From positions 16,182,001 to 16,246,000 of the forward strand of contig OZ024744.1 in NCBI GenBank assembly GCA_964016885.1: DNA of 64,000 nucleotides, read 5' to 3'. The notes beneath the pieces are model-generated. The model saw nothing but the letters and a program-made list of their open reading frames with translations. It had not been told where the DNA came from and ran no database searches. The translations under genes and the position numbers were made by a program. The number at the start of each line of letters is the position of its first letter. The first letter of the stretch is position 1. The DNA comes from Eledone cirrhosa (Eukaryota). Shown here in pieces: positions 42,101 to 56,167 of this stretch.

Positions 42101-45100
42101 GAGAAGGAGAGTATGAAGGAAGTTGGAGAAGGAGAATATGAAGAAAGTTGAAGGAGGAGAATATGAAGGAAGTTGGAGGAGGAGAGTATGAAGGAAGTTG
42201 GAGAAGGAGAGTATGAAGGAGGTTGGAGAAGGAGAATATGAAGGAAGTTGGAGAAGGAGAGTATGAAGGAGCTTGGAATTGTAGAGTATGAAGGAAGTTA
42301 GAGAAGGATAATATGAAGGAAGTTGGAGAAGCAGAGTATGAAGGATGTTGGAGAAGGAGAGTATGAAGGAAGTTGAAGAAGGAGAGTATGAAGGAAGTTT
42401 GAGAAGGAGAATATGAAGGAAGTTGGAGGAGGAGAGTATGAAGGAAGTTGGAGAAGGAGAATCTGACGGACGTTGGAGAAGGAGAGTAGGAAAGAAGTTG
42501 GAGAAGGATAATATGAAGGAAGTTGGATAAGGAGAATATGAAGGAAGTTGAAGGAGGAGAATATTAAAGAAGTTGGAAAAGGAGAGTATGAAGGAAGTTG
42601 GAGAAAGAGAATCTGAAGGAAGTTGGAGAAGGAGAGTATGAAGGAAGTTGGAGAAGGAGACTATGAAGGAAGTTGGAGAAGGAAAGTATGAAGGATGTTG
42701 GAGAAGGAGAGTATGAAGGAAGTTGGAGAAGGGGATTATGAAGTAAGTTGGAGAAGGCGAGTATGAAGGAAGTTGGAGAAGGAGCGTATGATGGAAGTTG
42801 GAGAAGGAGATTATGAAGGAAGTTGAATAAAGAGAATATGAAGGAAGTTGGAGAAGGAGAGTATGAAGGAAGTTGGAGAAGGAGAGTATGAAGGGGGCTG
42901 GAGGAGGAGAATATGAAGGAAGTTGGAGAAGGAGAGTATGAAGGAAGTTGGAGAAGTAGAATATGCAGGAAGTTGGGGAAGAAGGTATGAAGGAAGTTGG
43001 AGAAGGAGAGTCTGAAGGAAGTTGGAGATGGAGAGTATGAAGGAAGTTGAAGAAGGAGAGTATGAAGGAAGTTGGAGAAGTAGAGTATGAAGGAAGTTGG
43101 AGATGGAGAGTATGAAAGAAGTTGAATAAGGAGAATATCAAGGAAGTTGAAGAAGGAGAATATGAAGGAAGTTGGAGAAGGAGAGTATGAAGGAAGTTGA
43201 AGGAGAAGAATATGAAGGAAGTTGAAGGAGGAGAATATCAAGGAAGTTGGAAAAGGAGATTATGAAGGAGGTTGGAGGAGGAGAGTATGAAGGAAGTTGG
43301 AGATGGAGAATATGAAGGAAGTTGGAGAAGGAGAGTATGAAGGAAGTTGGAGAAGGAAAGTATGAAGGAAGTTGAAGGGAGAAAATTTGAAGGAAGTTGG
43401 AGAAGGAGAGTATAAAGGAAGTTGGAGAAGGAGAATATGAAGGAAGTTGAAGAAGGAGAATATGAAGGAAGTTGCAGAAGGATAATATGAAGGAAGTTGG
43501 AGAAGGAGAGTATGAAGGAAGTTGGAGAAGGCGAGTATGAAGGAAATTGGAGAAGGAGAGTATGAAGGAGATTGGAGGAGGAGAGTATGAAGGAAGTTGG
43601 AGAAGCAGAATATAAAGGAAATTGGAGAAGGAGCGTATGAAGGAAGTTGGAGAAAAAGAATATGAAGGAAGTTGTGGAAGAAGGTATGAAGGAAGTTGGA
43701 GAAGGAGAGTATGAAGAAAGTTGGAGAAGGAGAGTATGAAGAAAGTTGAAGGAAGAAAATATGAAGGAAGTTGGAGGAGGAGAATATGAAGGAAGTTGGA
43801 GAAGGAGAATATGAAGGAATTTGGAGGAGGAAAATATGAAGGATGTTGGAGAAGGATAATATGAAAGAAGTTGGAGAAGGAGAGTATGAAGGAAGTTGGA
43901 GAAGGAGATTATGAAGGAAGTTGGAGAAGGAGAGTATGAAGGAAGTTGAAGGAGGAGAATATGAAGGAAGTTGAAGAAGCAGAATATGAAGGAAGTTAGA
44001 GAAGGAGAGTATGAAGGAAGTTGAATGAAGAAAATATGAAGGAAGTTGGAGGAGAATATGAAGGAAGTTGGAGAAGGAAAATATGAAGGACGTTGGAGAA
44101 GGATAATATGAAAAAAGTTGGAGTAGGAGAGTATGAAGGAAGTTGGAGAAGGAGAGTATGAAGGAAGTTGGAGAAGGAGAGTATGAAGGAAGTTGGAGAA
44201 GGAGCGTATGAAGGAAGTTGGAGAAGGAGATTATGAAGGAAGTTGGAGAAGGAGAGTATGAAGGAAGTTGGAGAAGGAGCGTATGAAGGAAGTTGGAGAA
44301 GGGGAGTATGAAGGAAGTTGAAGAAGGAGAATCTGAAGGAAGTTGGAGAAGGAGAGTATGAACGAAGTTGAAGAAGGAGAATATGAAGGAAGTTGAAGAA
44401 GGAGAATCAGAAGGAAGTTGGAGAAGGAGAGAATGAAGGAAGTTGAAGAAGGAGAATCTGAAAGAAGTTGGAGAAGGAGAGTATGAAGGAAGTTGGAGAA
44501 GGAGAATCTGAAGGAAGTTGGAGAAGGAGAGTATGAAGGAAGTTGAATGTGAAGTATATGAAGGAAGTTGAAGAAGGAGAATCTGAAGGAAGTTGGAGAA
44601 AAAGAGTATGAAGGAAGTTGGGGAAGAAGGTATGAAGGAAGTTGGAGAAGAAGAATATGAATTAAGTTGGGGAAGAATGTATGAAAGAAGTTGGAGGAGG
44701 AGAATATGAAGGAAGTTGAAGGAGGAGAATATGAAGCAAGTTGAAGAAGGAAAATATGAAAGAAGTTGGAGAAGGAGAGTATGCAGGAAGTTAGAGAAGG
44801 AGAGTATGATGTAAGTTGGAGATGGAGAGTATGAAGGAAGTTGAATAAGGAGAATATCAAGGAAGTTGGAGAAGGAGCGTATGAAGGAAGTTGAAGGAGG
44901 AGAATATGAAGGAAGTTGAAGAAGGAGAATATGAAGGAAGTTGGAGAAGGAGAGTATGAAGGAAGTTGAAGGAAGAAAATATGAAGGAAGTTGGAGGAGG
45001 AGAATATGAAAGGAAGTTGGAGAAGGAAAATATGAAGGATGTTGGAGAAGGATAATATGAAAGAAGTTGGAGAAGGAGAGTATGAAGGAAGTTGTAGAAG

Positions 45101-48100
45101 GAGCGTATGAAGGAAGTTGGAGAAGGCGATTATGAAGGAAGTTGGAGAAGGAGAGTATGAAGGAAGTTGGAGAAGGAGCGTATGAAGGAAGTTGAAGGAA
45201 GAAAATATGAAGGAAGTTGGAGGAGGAGAATATGAAGGAATTTGGAGAAGGAAAATATGAAGGATGTTGGAGAAGGATAATATGAAAGAAGTTGGAGAAG
45301 GAGAGTATGAAGAAAGTTGAATAAGGAGAATATGAAGGAAGTTGGAGAAGGAGAGTATGAAGGAAGTTGGAGAAGGAGAATATGAAGGAAGTTGGAGAAG
45401 GAGAGTATGAAGGAAGTTGGAGAAGGAGAGTATGAAGGAAGTTGGAGAAGGAGAGTATGAAGGAAGTTGAAGAAGGAGAATAAGAAGGAAGTTGGAGAAG
45501 GAGAGTATGAAGGAAGTTGAAGGAGGAGAATATGAAGGAATTTGAAGAAGGAGAATCTGAAGGAAGTTGGAGAAAGAGAGTATGAAGGAAGTTGAAGGCG
45601 GAGAATATGAAGGAAGTTGAAGGAGGAGAATATGAACGAATTTTGAGAAGGAGAGTATGAAGGAAGTTGGAGAAGGAGAATCTGAAGGAAGTTGGAGAAG
45701 GAGAGTATGAAGGAAGTTGAAGGAGAAGAATATGAAGGAAGTTGAAGAAAGAGAATCTGAGGGAAGTTGGAGAAGGAGAGTATGAAGGAAGTTGATGAAG
45801 GAGAATCTGAAGGAAGTTGGAGAAGGAGAGTATGAAGGAAGTTGGAGAAGAGAGTATGAAGGAGGTTGGAGAAGGAGAATATGAAGGAAGTTGGAGAAGG
45901 AGAGTATGAAGGAGCTTGGAATTGTAGAGTATGAAGGAAGTTGGAGAAGGATAATATGAAGGAAGTTGGAGAAGCAGAGTATGAAGGATGTTGGAGAAGG
46001 AGAGTTTGAACGAAGTTGGAGGAGGAGAGTATGAAGGAATTTGGAGAAGGAGAGTATGAAGGAAGTTGGAGAAGGAGAATATGAAGAAAGTTGAAGGAGG
46101 AGAATATGAAGGAAGTTGGAGGAGGAGAGTATGAAGGATGTTGGAGAAGGAGAGTATGAAGGAGGTTGGAGAAGGAGAATATGAAGGAAGTTGGAGAAGG
46201 AGAGTATGAAGGAGCTTGGAATTGTAGAGTATGAAGGAAGTTGGAGAAGGATAATATGAAGGAAGTTGGAGAAGCAGAGTATGAAGGAAGTTGGAGAAGG
46301 AGAGTGTGATTGAAGTTGGAGAAGAAGAGTATGAAGGAAGTTGGAGAAGGAGAATATGAAGGAAGTTGGAAAAGGAGAGTATGAAGGAGGTTGGAGGAGG
46401 AGAGTATGAAGGAAGTTGGAGATGGAGAATATGAAGGAAGTTGGAGAAGGAAAATATGAAGGATGTTGGAGAAGGAGAGTATGAAGGAAGTTGTAGAAGG
46501 AGAGGATGAAGGAAGTTGGAGAAGGAGATTATGAAGGAAGTTGGAGAAGGAGAGTATGAAGGAAGTTGGAGAAGGAGCGTATGAAGGAAGTTGGAGAAGG
46601 AGAGTATGAAGAAAGTTGAATAAGGAGAACATGAAGGAAGTTGGAGAAGGAGAGTATGAAGGAAGTTGGAGAAGAAGAATATGAAGGAAGTTGGGGAAGA
46701 AGGTATGAAGGAAGTTGAAGGAAGAAAATATGAAGGAAGTTGGAGAAGGAGAGTATGAAGGAAGTTGGAGAAGGAGAAGTATGAAGGAAGTTGAAGAAGT
46801 AGATTATGAAGGAAGTTGGAGAAGAAGAGTATGAAGGAAGTTGAAGGAGGAGAACATGAAGGAAGTTGAAGAAGGAGAATCTGAAGGAAGTTGGAGAAGG
46901 AGAGTATGAAGGAAGTTGAAGGAGGAGAATATGAAGGAAGTTGAAGTAGGAGAATATGAACGAATTTGGAGAAGGAGAGTATGAAGGAAGTTGGAGAATG
47001 AGAATCTGAAGGAAGTTGGAGAAGGAGAGTATGAAGTAAGCTGGAGAAGGAGAATCTGTAGGAAGTTGGAGAAGGAGAGTATGAAGGAAGTTGAAGAAGG
47101 AGAATCTGAAGGAAGTTGGAGAAGGAGAGTATGAAGGAAGTTGGGGGAGGAGAATATGAAGGAAGTTGAAGGAGGAGAATATGAACGAAGTTGAAGAAGG
47201 AGAATATGAAGGAAGTTGAAGGGGGAGAATATGAAGGAAGTTGAAGATGGAGAATCAGAAGGAAGTTGGAGAAGGAGAGAATGAAGGAAGTTGAAGCAGG
47301 AGAATCTGAAGGAAGTTGGAAAAGGAGAGTATGAAGGAAGTTGGAGAAGAAGAACCTGAAGGAAGTTGGAGAAAGAGAGTATGATGGAAGTTGAAGCAGG
47401 AGAATATGAAGGAAGTTGGAGGAGGAGAGTATGAAGGAAGTTGGAGAAGAATCTGAAGGAAGTTGGAGAAGGAAAGTATGAAGGAAGTTGAAGGACAAGA
47501 ATATGAAGGAAGTTGAAGGAGAATCTGAAGGAAGTTGGAGAAGGAGAATATGAAGGAAGTTGAAGAAGGAGAATCTGAAGGAAGTTGGAGATGGAGAGTA
47601 TGAAGGAAGTTAGAGAAGGAGAATATGAAGGAAATTGAAGGAAGAGTATATGAACGAAGTTGGAGAAGGAGAATATGAAGGAAGTTGAAGGAGAAGAATA
47701 TGAAGGAAGTTGAAGAAGGAGAATCAGAAGGAAGTTGGAGAAGGAGAGTATGAAGGAAGTTGAAGAAGGAGAATCTGAAAGAAGTTGGAGAAGGAGAGTA
47801 TGAAAGAAGTTGGAGAAGGAGAGTATGAAGGAAGTTGAAGAAGGAGAATCTGAAGGAAGTTGGAGGAGAGTATGAAGGAAGTTGGAGAAAGAGAGTATGA
47901 AGGAAGTTGAAGGAGGAGTATATGAACGAAGTTGGAGATGGAGAATATGAAGAAAGTTGAAGTAGGAGAATATGAAGTAAGTTGAAGAAGGAGAATCAGA
48001 AGGAAGTTGGAGAAGGAGGATATGAAGGAAGTTGAAGGAGCAGAATATGAAGGAAGATGGAGAAGGAGAGTATGAAGGAAGTTGGAGAAGGAGAATATGA

Positions 48101-51100
48101 AGGAATTTGGAGAAGGAGAGTATGAAGGAAGTTGGAGAAGGAGAATATGAAGAAAGTTGAAGGAGGAGAATATGAAGGAAGTTGGAGGAGGAGAGTATGA
48201 AGGAAGTTGGAGAAGGAGAGTATGAAGGAGGTTGGAGAAGGAGAATATGAAGGAAGTTGGAGAAGGAGAGTATGAAGGAGCTTGGAATTGTAGAGTATGA
48301 AGGAAGTTAGAGAAGGATAATATGAAGGAAGTTGGAGAAGCAGAGTATGAAGGATGTTGGAGAAGGAGAGTATGAAGGAAGTTGAAGAAGGAGAGTATGA
48401 AGGAAGTTTGAGAAGGAGAATATGAAGGAAGTTGGAGGAGGAGAGTATGAAGGAAGTTGGAGAAGGAGAATCTGACGGACGTTGGAGAAGGAGAGTAGGA
48501 AAGAAGTTGGAGAAGGATAATATGAAGGAAGTTGGATAAGGAGAATATGAAGGAAGTTGAAGGAGGAGAATATTAAAGAAGTTGGAAAAGGAGAGTATGA
48601 AGGAAGTTGGAGAAAGAGAATCTGAAGGAAGTTGGAGAAGGAGAGTATGAAGGAAGTTGGAGAAGGAGACTATGAAGGAAGTTGGAGAAGGAAAGTATGA
48701 AGGATGTTGGAGAAGGAGAGTATGAAGGAAGTTGGAGAAGGGGATTATGAAGTAAGTTGGAGAAGGCGAGTATGAAGGAAGTTGGAGAAGGAGCGTATGA
48801 TGGAAGTTGGAGAAGGAGATTATGAAGGAAGTTGAATAAGGAGAATATGAAGGAAGTTGGAGAAGGAGAGTATGAAGGAAGTTGGAGAAGGAGAGTATGA
48901 AGGGGGCTGGAGGAGGAGAATATGAAGGAAGTTGGAGAAGGAGAGTATGAAGGAAGTTGGAGAAGTAGAATATGCAGGAAGTTGGGGAAGAAGGTATGAA
49001 GGAAGTTGGAGAAGGAGAGTCTGAAGGAAGTTGGAGATGGAGAGTATGAAGGAAGTTGAAGAAGGAGAGTATGAAGGAAGTTGGAGAAGTAGAGTATGAA
49101 GGAAGTTGGAGATGGAGAGTATGAAAGAAGTTGAATAAGGAGAATATCAAGGAAGTTGAAGAAGGAGAATATGAAGGAAGTTGGAGAAGGAGAGTATGAA
49201 GGAAGTTGAAGGAGAAGAATATGAAGGAAGTTGAAGGAGGAGAATATCAAGGAAGTTGGAAAAGGAGATTATGAAGGAGGTTGGAGGAGGAGAGTATGAA
49301 GGAAGTTGGAGATGGAGAATATGAAGGAAGTTGGAGAAGGAGAGTATGAAGGAAGTTGGAGAAGGAAAGTATGAAGGAAGTTGAAGGGAGAAAATTTGAA
49401 GGAAGTTGGAGAAGGAGAGTATAAAGGAAGTTGGAGAAGGAGAATATGAAGGAAGTTGAAGAAGGAGAATATGAAGGAAGTTGCAGAAGGATAATATGAA
49501 GGAAGTTGGAGAAGGAGAGTATGAAGGAAGTTGGAGAAGGCGAGTATGAAGGAAATTGGAGAAGGAGAGTATGAAGGAGATTGGAGGAGGAGAGTATGAA
49601 GGAAGTTGGAGAAGCAGAATATAAAGGAAATTGGAGAAGGAGCGTATGAAGGAAGTTGGAGAAAAAGAATATGAAGGAAGTTGTGGAAGAAGGTATGAAG
49701 GAAGTTGGAGAAGGAGAGTATGAAGAAAGTTGGAGAAGGAGAGTATGAAGAAAGTTGAAGGAAGAAAATATGAAGGAAGTTGGAGGAGGAGAATATGAAG
49801 GAAGTTGGAGAAGGAGAATATGAAGGAATTTGGAGGAGGAAAATATGAAGGATGTTGGAGAAGGATAATATGAAAGAAGTTGGAGAAGGAGAGTATGAAG
49901 GAAGTTGGAGAAGGAGATTATGAAGGAAGTTGGAGAAGGAGAGTATGAAGGAAGTTGAAGGAGGAGAATATGAAGGAAGTTGAAGAAGCAGAATATGAAG
50001 GAAGTTAGAGAAGGAGAGTATGAAGGAAGTTGAATGAAGAAAATATGAAGGAAGTTGGAGGAGAATATGAAGGAAGTTGGAGAAGGAAAATATGAAGGAC
50101 GTTGGAGAAGGATAATATGAAAAAAGTTGGAGTAGGAGAGTATGAAGGAAGTTGGAGAAGGAGAGTATGAAGGAAGTTGGAGAAGGAGAGTATGAAGGAA
50201 GTTGGAGAAGGAGCGTATGAAGGAAGTTGGAGAAGGAGATTATGAAGGAAGTTGGAGAAGGAGAGTATGAAGGAAGTTGGAGAAGGAGCGTATGAAGGAA
50301 GTTGGAGAAGGGGAGTATGAAGGAAGTTGAAGAAGGAGAATCTGAAGGAAGTTGGAGAAGGAGAGTATGAACGAAGTTGAAGAAGGAGAATATGAAGGAA
50401 GTTGAAGAAGGAGAATCAGAAGGAAGTTGGAGAAGGAGAGAATGAAGGAAGTTGAAGAAGGAGAATCTGAAAGAAGTTGGAGAAGGAGAGTATGAAGGAA
50501 GTTGGAGAAGGAGAATCTGAAGGAAGTTGGAGAAGGAGAGTATGAAGGAAGTTGAATGTGAAGTATATGAAGGAAGTTGAAGAAGGAGAATCTGAAGGAA
50601 GTTGGAGAAAAAGAGTATGAAGGAAGTTGGGGAAGAAGGTATGAAGGAAGTTGGAGAAGAAGAATATGAATTAAGTTGGGGAAGAATGTATGAAAGAAGT
50701 TGGAGGAGGAGAATATGAAGGAAGTTGAAGGAGGAGAATATGAAGCAAGTTGAAGAAGGAAAATATGAAAGAAGTTGGAGAAGGAGAGTATGCAGGAAGT
50801 TAGAGAAGGAGAGTATGATGTAAGTTGGAGATGGAGAGTATGAAGGAAGTTGAATAAGGAGAATATCAAGGAAGTTGGAGAAGGAGCGTATGAAGGAAGT
50901 TGAAGGAGGAGAATATGAAGGAAGTTGAAGAAGGAGAATATGAAGGAAGTTGGAGAAGGAGAGTATGAAGGAAGTTGAAGGAAGAAAATATGAAGGAAGT
51001 TGGAGGAGGAGAATATGAAAGGAAGTTGGAGAAGGAAAATATGAAGGATGTTGGAGAAGGATAATATGAAAGAAGTTGGAGAAGGAGAGTATGAAGGAAG

Positions 51101-54100
51101 TTGTAGAAGGAGCGTATGAAGGAAGTTGGAGAAGGCGATTATGAAGGAAGTTGGAGAAGGAGAGTATGAAGGAAGTTGGAGAAGGAGCGTATGAAGGAAG
51201 TTGAAGGAAGAAAATATGAAGGAAGTTGGAGGAGGAGAATATGAAGGAATTTGGAGAAGGAAAATATGAAGGATGTTGGAGAAGGATAATATGAAAGAAG
51301 TTGGAGAAGGAGAGTATGAAGAAAGTTGAATAAGGAGAATATGAAGGAAGTTGGAGAAGGAGAGTATGAAGGAAGTTGGAGAAGGAGAATATGAAGGAAG
51401 TTGGAGAAGGAGAGTATGAAGGAAGTTGGAGAAGGAGAGTATGAAGGAAGTTGGAGAAGGAGAGTATGAAGGAAGTTGAAGAAGGAGAATAAGAAGGAAG
51501 TTGGAGAAGGAGAGTATGAAGGAAGTTGAAGGAGGAGAATATGAAGGAATTTGAAGAAGGAGAATCTGAAGGAAGTTGGAGAAAGAGAGTATGAAGGAAG
51601 TTGAAGGCGGAGAATATGAAGGAAGTTGAAGGAGGAGAATATGAACGAATTTTGAGAAGGAGAGTATGAAGGAAGTTGGAGAAGGAGAATCTGAAGGAAG
51701 TTGGAGAAGGAGAGTATGAAGGAAGTTGAAGGAGAAGAATATGAAGGAAGTTGAAGAAAGAGAATCTGAGGGAAGTTGGAGAAGGAGAGTATGAAGGAAG
51801 TTGATGAAGGAGAATCTGAAGGAAGTTGGAGAAGGAGAGTATGAAGGAAGTTGGAGAAGAGAGTATGAAGGAGGTTGGAGAAGGAGAATATGAAGGAAGT
51901 TGGAGAAGGAGAGTATGAAGGAGCTTGGAATTGTAGAGTATGAAGGAAGTTGGAGAAGGATAATATGAAGGAAGTTGGAGAAGCAGAGTATGAAGGATGT
52001 TGGAGAAGGAGAGTTTGAACGAAGTTGGAGGAGGAGAGTATGAAGGAATTTGGAGAAGGAGAGTATGAAGGAAGTTGGAGAAGGAGAATATGAAGAAAGT
52101 TGAAGGAGGAGAATATGAAGGAAGTTGGAGGAGGAGAGTATGAAGGAAGTTGGAGAAGGAGAGTATGAAGGAGGTTGGAGAAGGAGAATATGAAGGAAGT
52201 TGGAGAAGGAGAGTATGAAGGAGCTTGGAATTGTAGAGTATGAAGGAAGTTGGAGAAGGATAATATGAAGGAAGTTGGAGAAGCAGAGTATGAAGGAAGT
52301 TGGAGAAGGAGAGTTTGAAGGAAGTTGGAGGAGGAGAGTATGAAGGAAGTTGGAGAAGGAGAATCTGACGGACGTTGGAGAAGGAGAGTAGGAAAGAAGT
52401 TGGAGAAGGATAATATGAAGGAAGTTGGATAAGGAGAATATGAAGGAAGTTGGAGGAGAGTATGAAGGAAGTTGGAGAAAGAGAGTATGAAGAAAGTTGA
52501 AGTAGGACAATATGAAGTAAGTTGAAGAAGGAGAATCAGAAGGAAGTTGGAGAAGGAGAATATGAAGGAAGTTGAAGGAGCAGAATATGAAGGAAGATGG
52601 AGAAGGAGAGTATGAAGGAAGTTGGAGAAGGAGAATATGAAGGAATTTGGAGAAGGAAAGTATGAAGGAAGTTGGAGAAGGAGAATATAAAGAAAGTTGA
52701 AGGAGGAGAATATGAAGGAAGTTGGAGGAGGAGAGTATGAAGGAAGTTGGAGAAGGAGAGTATGAAGGAGGTTGGAGAAGGAGAATATGAAGGAAGTTGG
52801 AGAAGGAGAGTATGAAGGAGCTTGGAATTGTAGAGTATGAAGGAAGTTGGAGAAGGATAATATGAAGGAAGTTGGAGAAGCAGAGTATGAAGGATGTTGG
52901 AGAAGGAGAGTTTGAAGGAAGTTGGAGGAGGAGAGTATGAAGGAAGTTGGAGAAGGAGAATCTGACGGACGTTGGAGAAGGAGAGTAGTAAAGAAGTTGG
53001 AGAAGGATAATATCAAGGAAGTTGGATAAGGAGAATATGAAGGAAGTTGAAGGAGGAGAATATTAAAGAAGTTGGAAAAGGAGAGTATGTAGGAAGGTGG
53101 AGAAAGAGAATCTGAAGGAAGTTGGAGAAGGAGAGTATGAAGGAAGTTGGAGAAGGAGACTATGAAGGAAGTTGGAGAAGGAAAGTATGAAGGAAGTTGG
53201 AGAAGGAGAGTATGAAGGAAGTTGGAGAAGGAGATTATGAAGGAATTTGGAGAAGGCGAGTATGAAGGAAGTTGGAGAAGGAGCGTATGATGGAAGTTGG
53301 AGAAGGAGATTATGAAGGAAGTTGAATAAGGAGAATATGAAGGAAGTTGGAGAAGGAGAGTATGAAGGAAGTTGGAGAAGGAGAGTATGAAGGGGGTCGG
53401 AGGAGGAGAATATGAAGGAAGTTGGGGAAGAAGGTATGAAGGAAGTTGGAGAAGGAGAGTCTGAAGGAAGTTGGAGCTGGAGAGTATGAAGGAAGTTGAA
53501 GAAGGAGAGTATGAAGGAAGTTGGAGAAGTAGAGTATGAAGGAAGTTGGAGATGGAGAGTATGAAATAAGTTGAATAAGGAGAATATCAAGGAAGTTGAA
53601 GAAGTAGAATATGAAGGAAGTTGGAGAAGGAGAGTATGAAGGAAGTTGAAGGAAGAAAATATGAAGGAAGCTGGAGAAGGAGAGTATGAAGGAAGTTGGA
53701 GAAGGCGAGTATGAAGGAAATTGGAGAAGGAGAGTATGAAGGAGGTTGGAGGAGGAGAGTATGAAGGAAGTTGGAGAAGGAGAATATGAAGGAAATTGGA
53801 GAAGGAGCGTATGAAGGAAGTTGGAGAAAAAGAATATGAAGGAAGTTGTGGAAGAAGGTATGAAGGAAGTTGGAGAAGGAGAGTTTGAAGAAAGTTGGAG
53901 AAGGAGAGTATGAAGGAAGTTGAAGGAAGAAAATATGAAGGAAGTTGGAGGAGGAGAATATGAAGGAAGTTGGAGAAGGAGAATATGAAGGAAGTTGGAG
54001 AAGGAAAATATGAAGGAAGTTGGAGAAGGAGAGTATGAAGGAAGTTGGAGAAGGAGATTATGAAGGAAGTTGGAGAAGGAGAGTATGAAGGAAGTTGGAG

Positions 54101-56167
54101 AAGGAGCGTATGAAGGAAGTTGAAGGAGGAGAATATGAAGGAAGTTGAAGAAGGAGAATAAGAAGGAAGTTGGTGAAGGAGAGTATGAAGGAAGTTGAAG
54201 GAAGAAAATATGAAGGAAGTTGGAGGAGGAGAATATGAAAGGAAGTTGGAGAAGGAAAATATGAAGGATGTTGGAGAAGGATAATATGAAAGAAGTTGGA
54301 GAAGGAGAGTATGAAGGAAGTTGTAGAAGGAGCGTATGAAGGAAGTTGGAGAAGGCGATTATGAAGGAAGTTGGAGAAGGAGAGTATGAAGGAAGTTGGA
54401 GAAGGAGCGTATGAAGGAAGTTGGAGAAGGAGAGTATGAAGGAAGTTGAAGGAAGAAAATATGAAGGAAGTTGGAGGAGGAGAATATGAAGGAATTTGGA
54501 GAAGGAAAATATGAAGGATGTTGGAGAAGGATAATATGAAAGAAGTTGGAGAAGGAGAGTATGAAGAAAGTTGAATAAGGAGAATATGAAGGAAGTTGGA
54601 GAAGGAGAGTATGAAGGAAGTTGGAGAAGGAGAATATGAAGGAAGTTGGAGAAGGAGAGTATGAAGGAAGTTGGAGAAGGAGAGTATGAAGGAAGTTGGA
54701 GAAGGAGAGTATGAAGGAAGTTGAAGAAGGAGAATAAGAAGGAAGTTGGAGAAGGAGAGTATGAAGGAAGTTGAAGGAGGAGAATATGAAGGAATTTGAA
54801 GATGGAGAATCTGAAGGAAGTTGGAGAAAGAGAGTATGAAGGAAGTTGAAGGAGGAGAATATGAAGGAAGTTGAAGGAGGAGAATATGAACGAATTTGGA
54901 GAAGGAGAGTATGAAGGAAGTTGGAGAAGGAGAATCTGAAGGAAGTTGGAGAAGGAGAGTATGAAGGAAGTTGAAGGAGAAGAATATGAAGGAAGTTGAA
55001 GAAAGAGAATCTGAAGGAAGTTGGAGAAGGAGAGTATGAAGGAAGTTGAAGAAGGAGAATCTGAAGGAAGTTGGAGAAGGAGAGTATGAAGGAAGTTGGA
55101 GAAGGAGAGTATGAAGGAGGTTGGAGAAGGAGAATATGAAGGAAGTTGGAGAAGGAGAGTATGAAGGAGCTTGGAATTGTAGAGTATGAAGGAAGTTGGA
55201 GAAGGATAATATGAAGGAAGTTGGAGAAGCAGAGTATGAAGGATGTTGGAGAAGGAGAGTTTGAAGGAAGTTGGAGGAGGAGAGTATGAAGGAATTTGGA
55301 GAAGGAGACTATGAAGGAAGTTGGAGAAGGAGAATATGAAGAAAGTTGAAGGAGGAGAATATGAAGGAAGTTGGAGGAGGAGAGTATGAAGGAAGTTGGA
55401 GAAGGAGAGTATGAAGGAGGTTGGAGAAGGAGAATATGAAGGAAGTTGGAGAAGGAGAGTATGAAGGAGCTTGAAATTGTAGAGTATGAAGGAAGTTGGA
55501 GAAGGATAATATGAAGGAAGTTGGAGATGCAGAGTATGAAGGATGTTGGAGAAGGAGAGTTTGAAGGAAGTTGGAGGAGGAGAGTATGAAGGAAGTTGGA
55601 GAAGGAGAATCTGACGGACGTTGGAGAAGGAGAGTAGGAAAGAAGTTGGAGAAGGATAATATGAAGGAAGTTGGATAAGGAGAATATGAAGGAAGTTGGA
55701 GGAGAGTATGAAGGAAGTTGGAGAAAGAGAGTATGAAGGAAGTTGAAGGAGGAGTATATGAACGAAGTTGGAGATGGAGAATATGAAGGAAGTTGGAGAA
55801 GGAGAGTATGAAGGAAGTTGAAGGAAGAAAATATGAAGGAAGTTGGAGGAGGAGAATATGAAAGGAAGTTGGAGAAGGAAAATATGAAGGATGTTGGAGA
55901 AGGATAATATGAAAGAAGTTGGAGAAGGAGAGTATGAATAAAGTTGAATAAGGAGAATATGAAGGAAGTTGGAGAAGGAGAGTATGAAGGAAGTTGGAGA
56001 AGGAGAATATGAAGGAAGTTGGAGAAGGAGAGTATGAAGGAAGTTGGAGAAGGAGAGTATGAAGGAAGTTGGAGAAGGAGAGTATGAAGGAAGTTGAAGA
56101 AGGAGAATAAGAAGGAAGTTGGAGAAGGAGAGTATGAAGGAAGTTGAAGGAGGAGAATATGAAGGAA
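30147..56167 (+). repeat. About 9.85-kb tandem duplication (30147-39996, second copy from 39997) expanded by a nested 6009-bp duplication
   Basis: ORF pairs 30233/40083 (9850) and 32133/41987 (9854). After the nested copy the offsets become 15863, 15887, 15912 and 16136, each step explained by 24-, 25- and 224-bp monomer-block indels. The private variant GAATAAAGTTG occurs near 39800 and 55936. Confidence 0.9.
40275..52314 (+). repeat. Near-perfect 6009-bp tandem duplication (40275-46283 / 46284-52292)
   Basis: ORF coordinates 41987/47996, 42564/48573, 44231/50240 and 45130/51139 all differ by exactly 6009. GTGTGATTG at 40295 and 46304. AAGCAGAG at 46272 and 52281. Confidence 0.93.
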
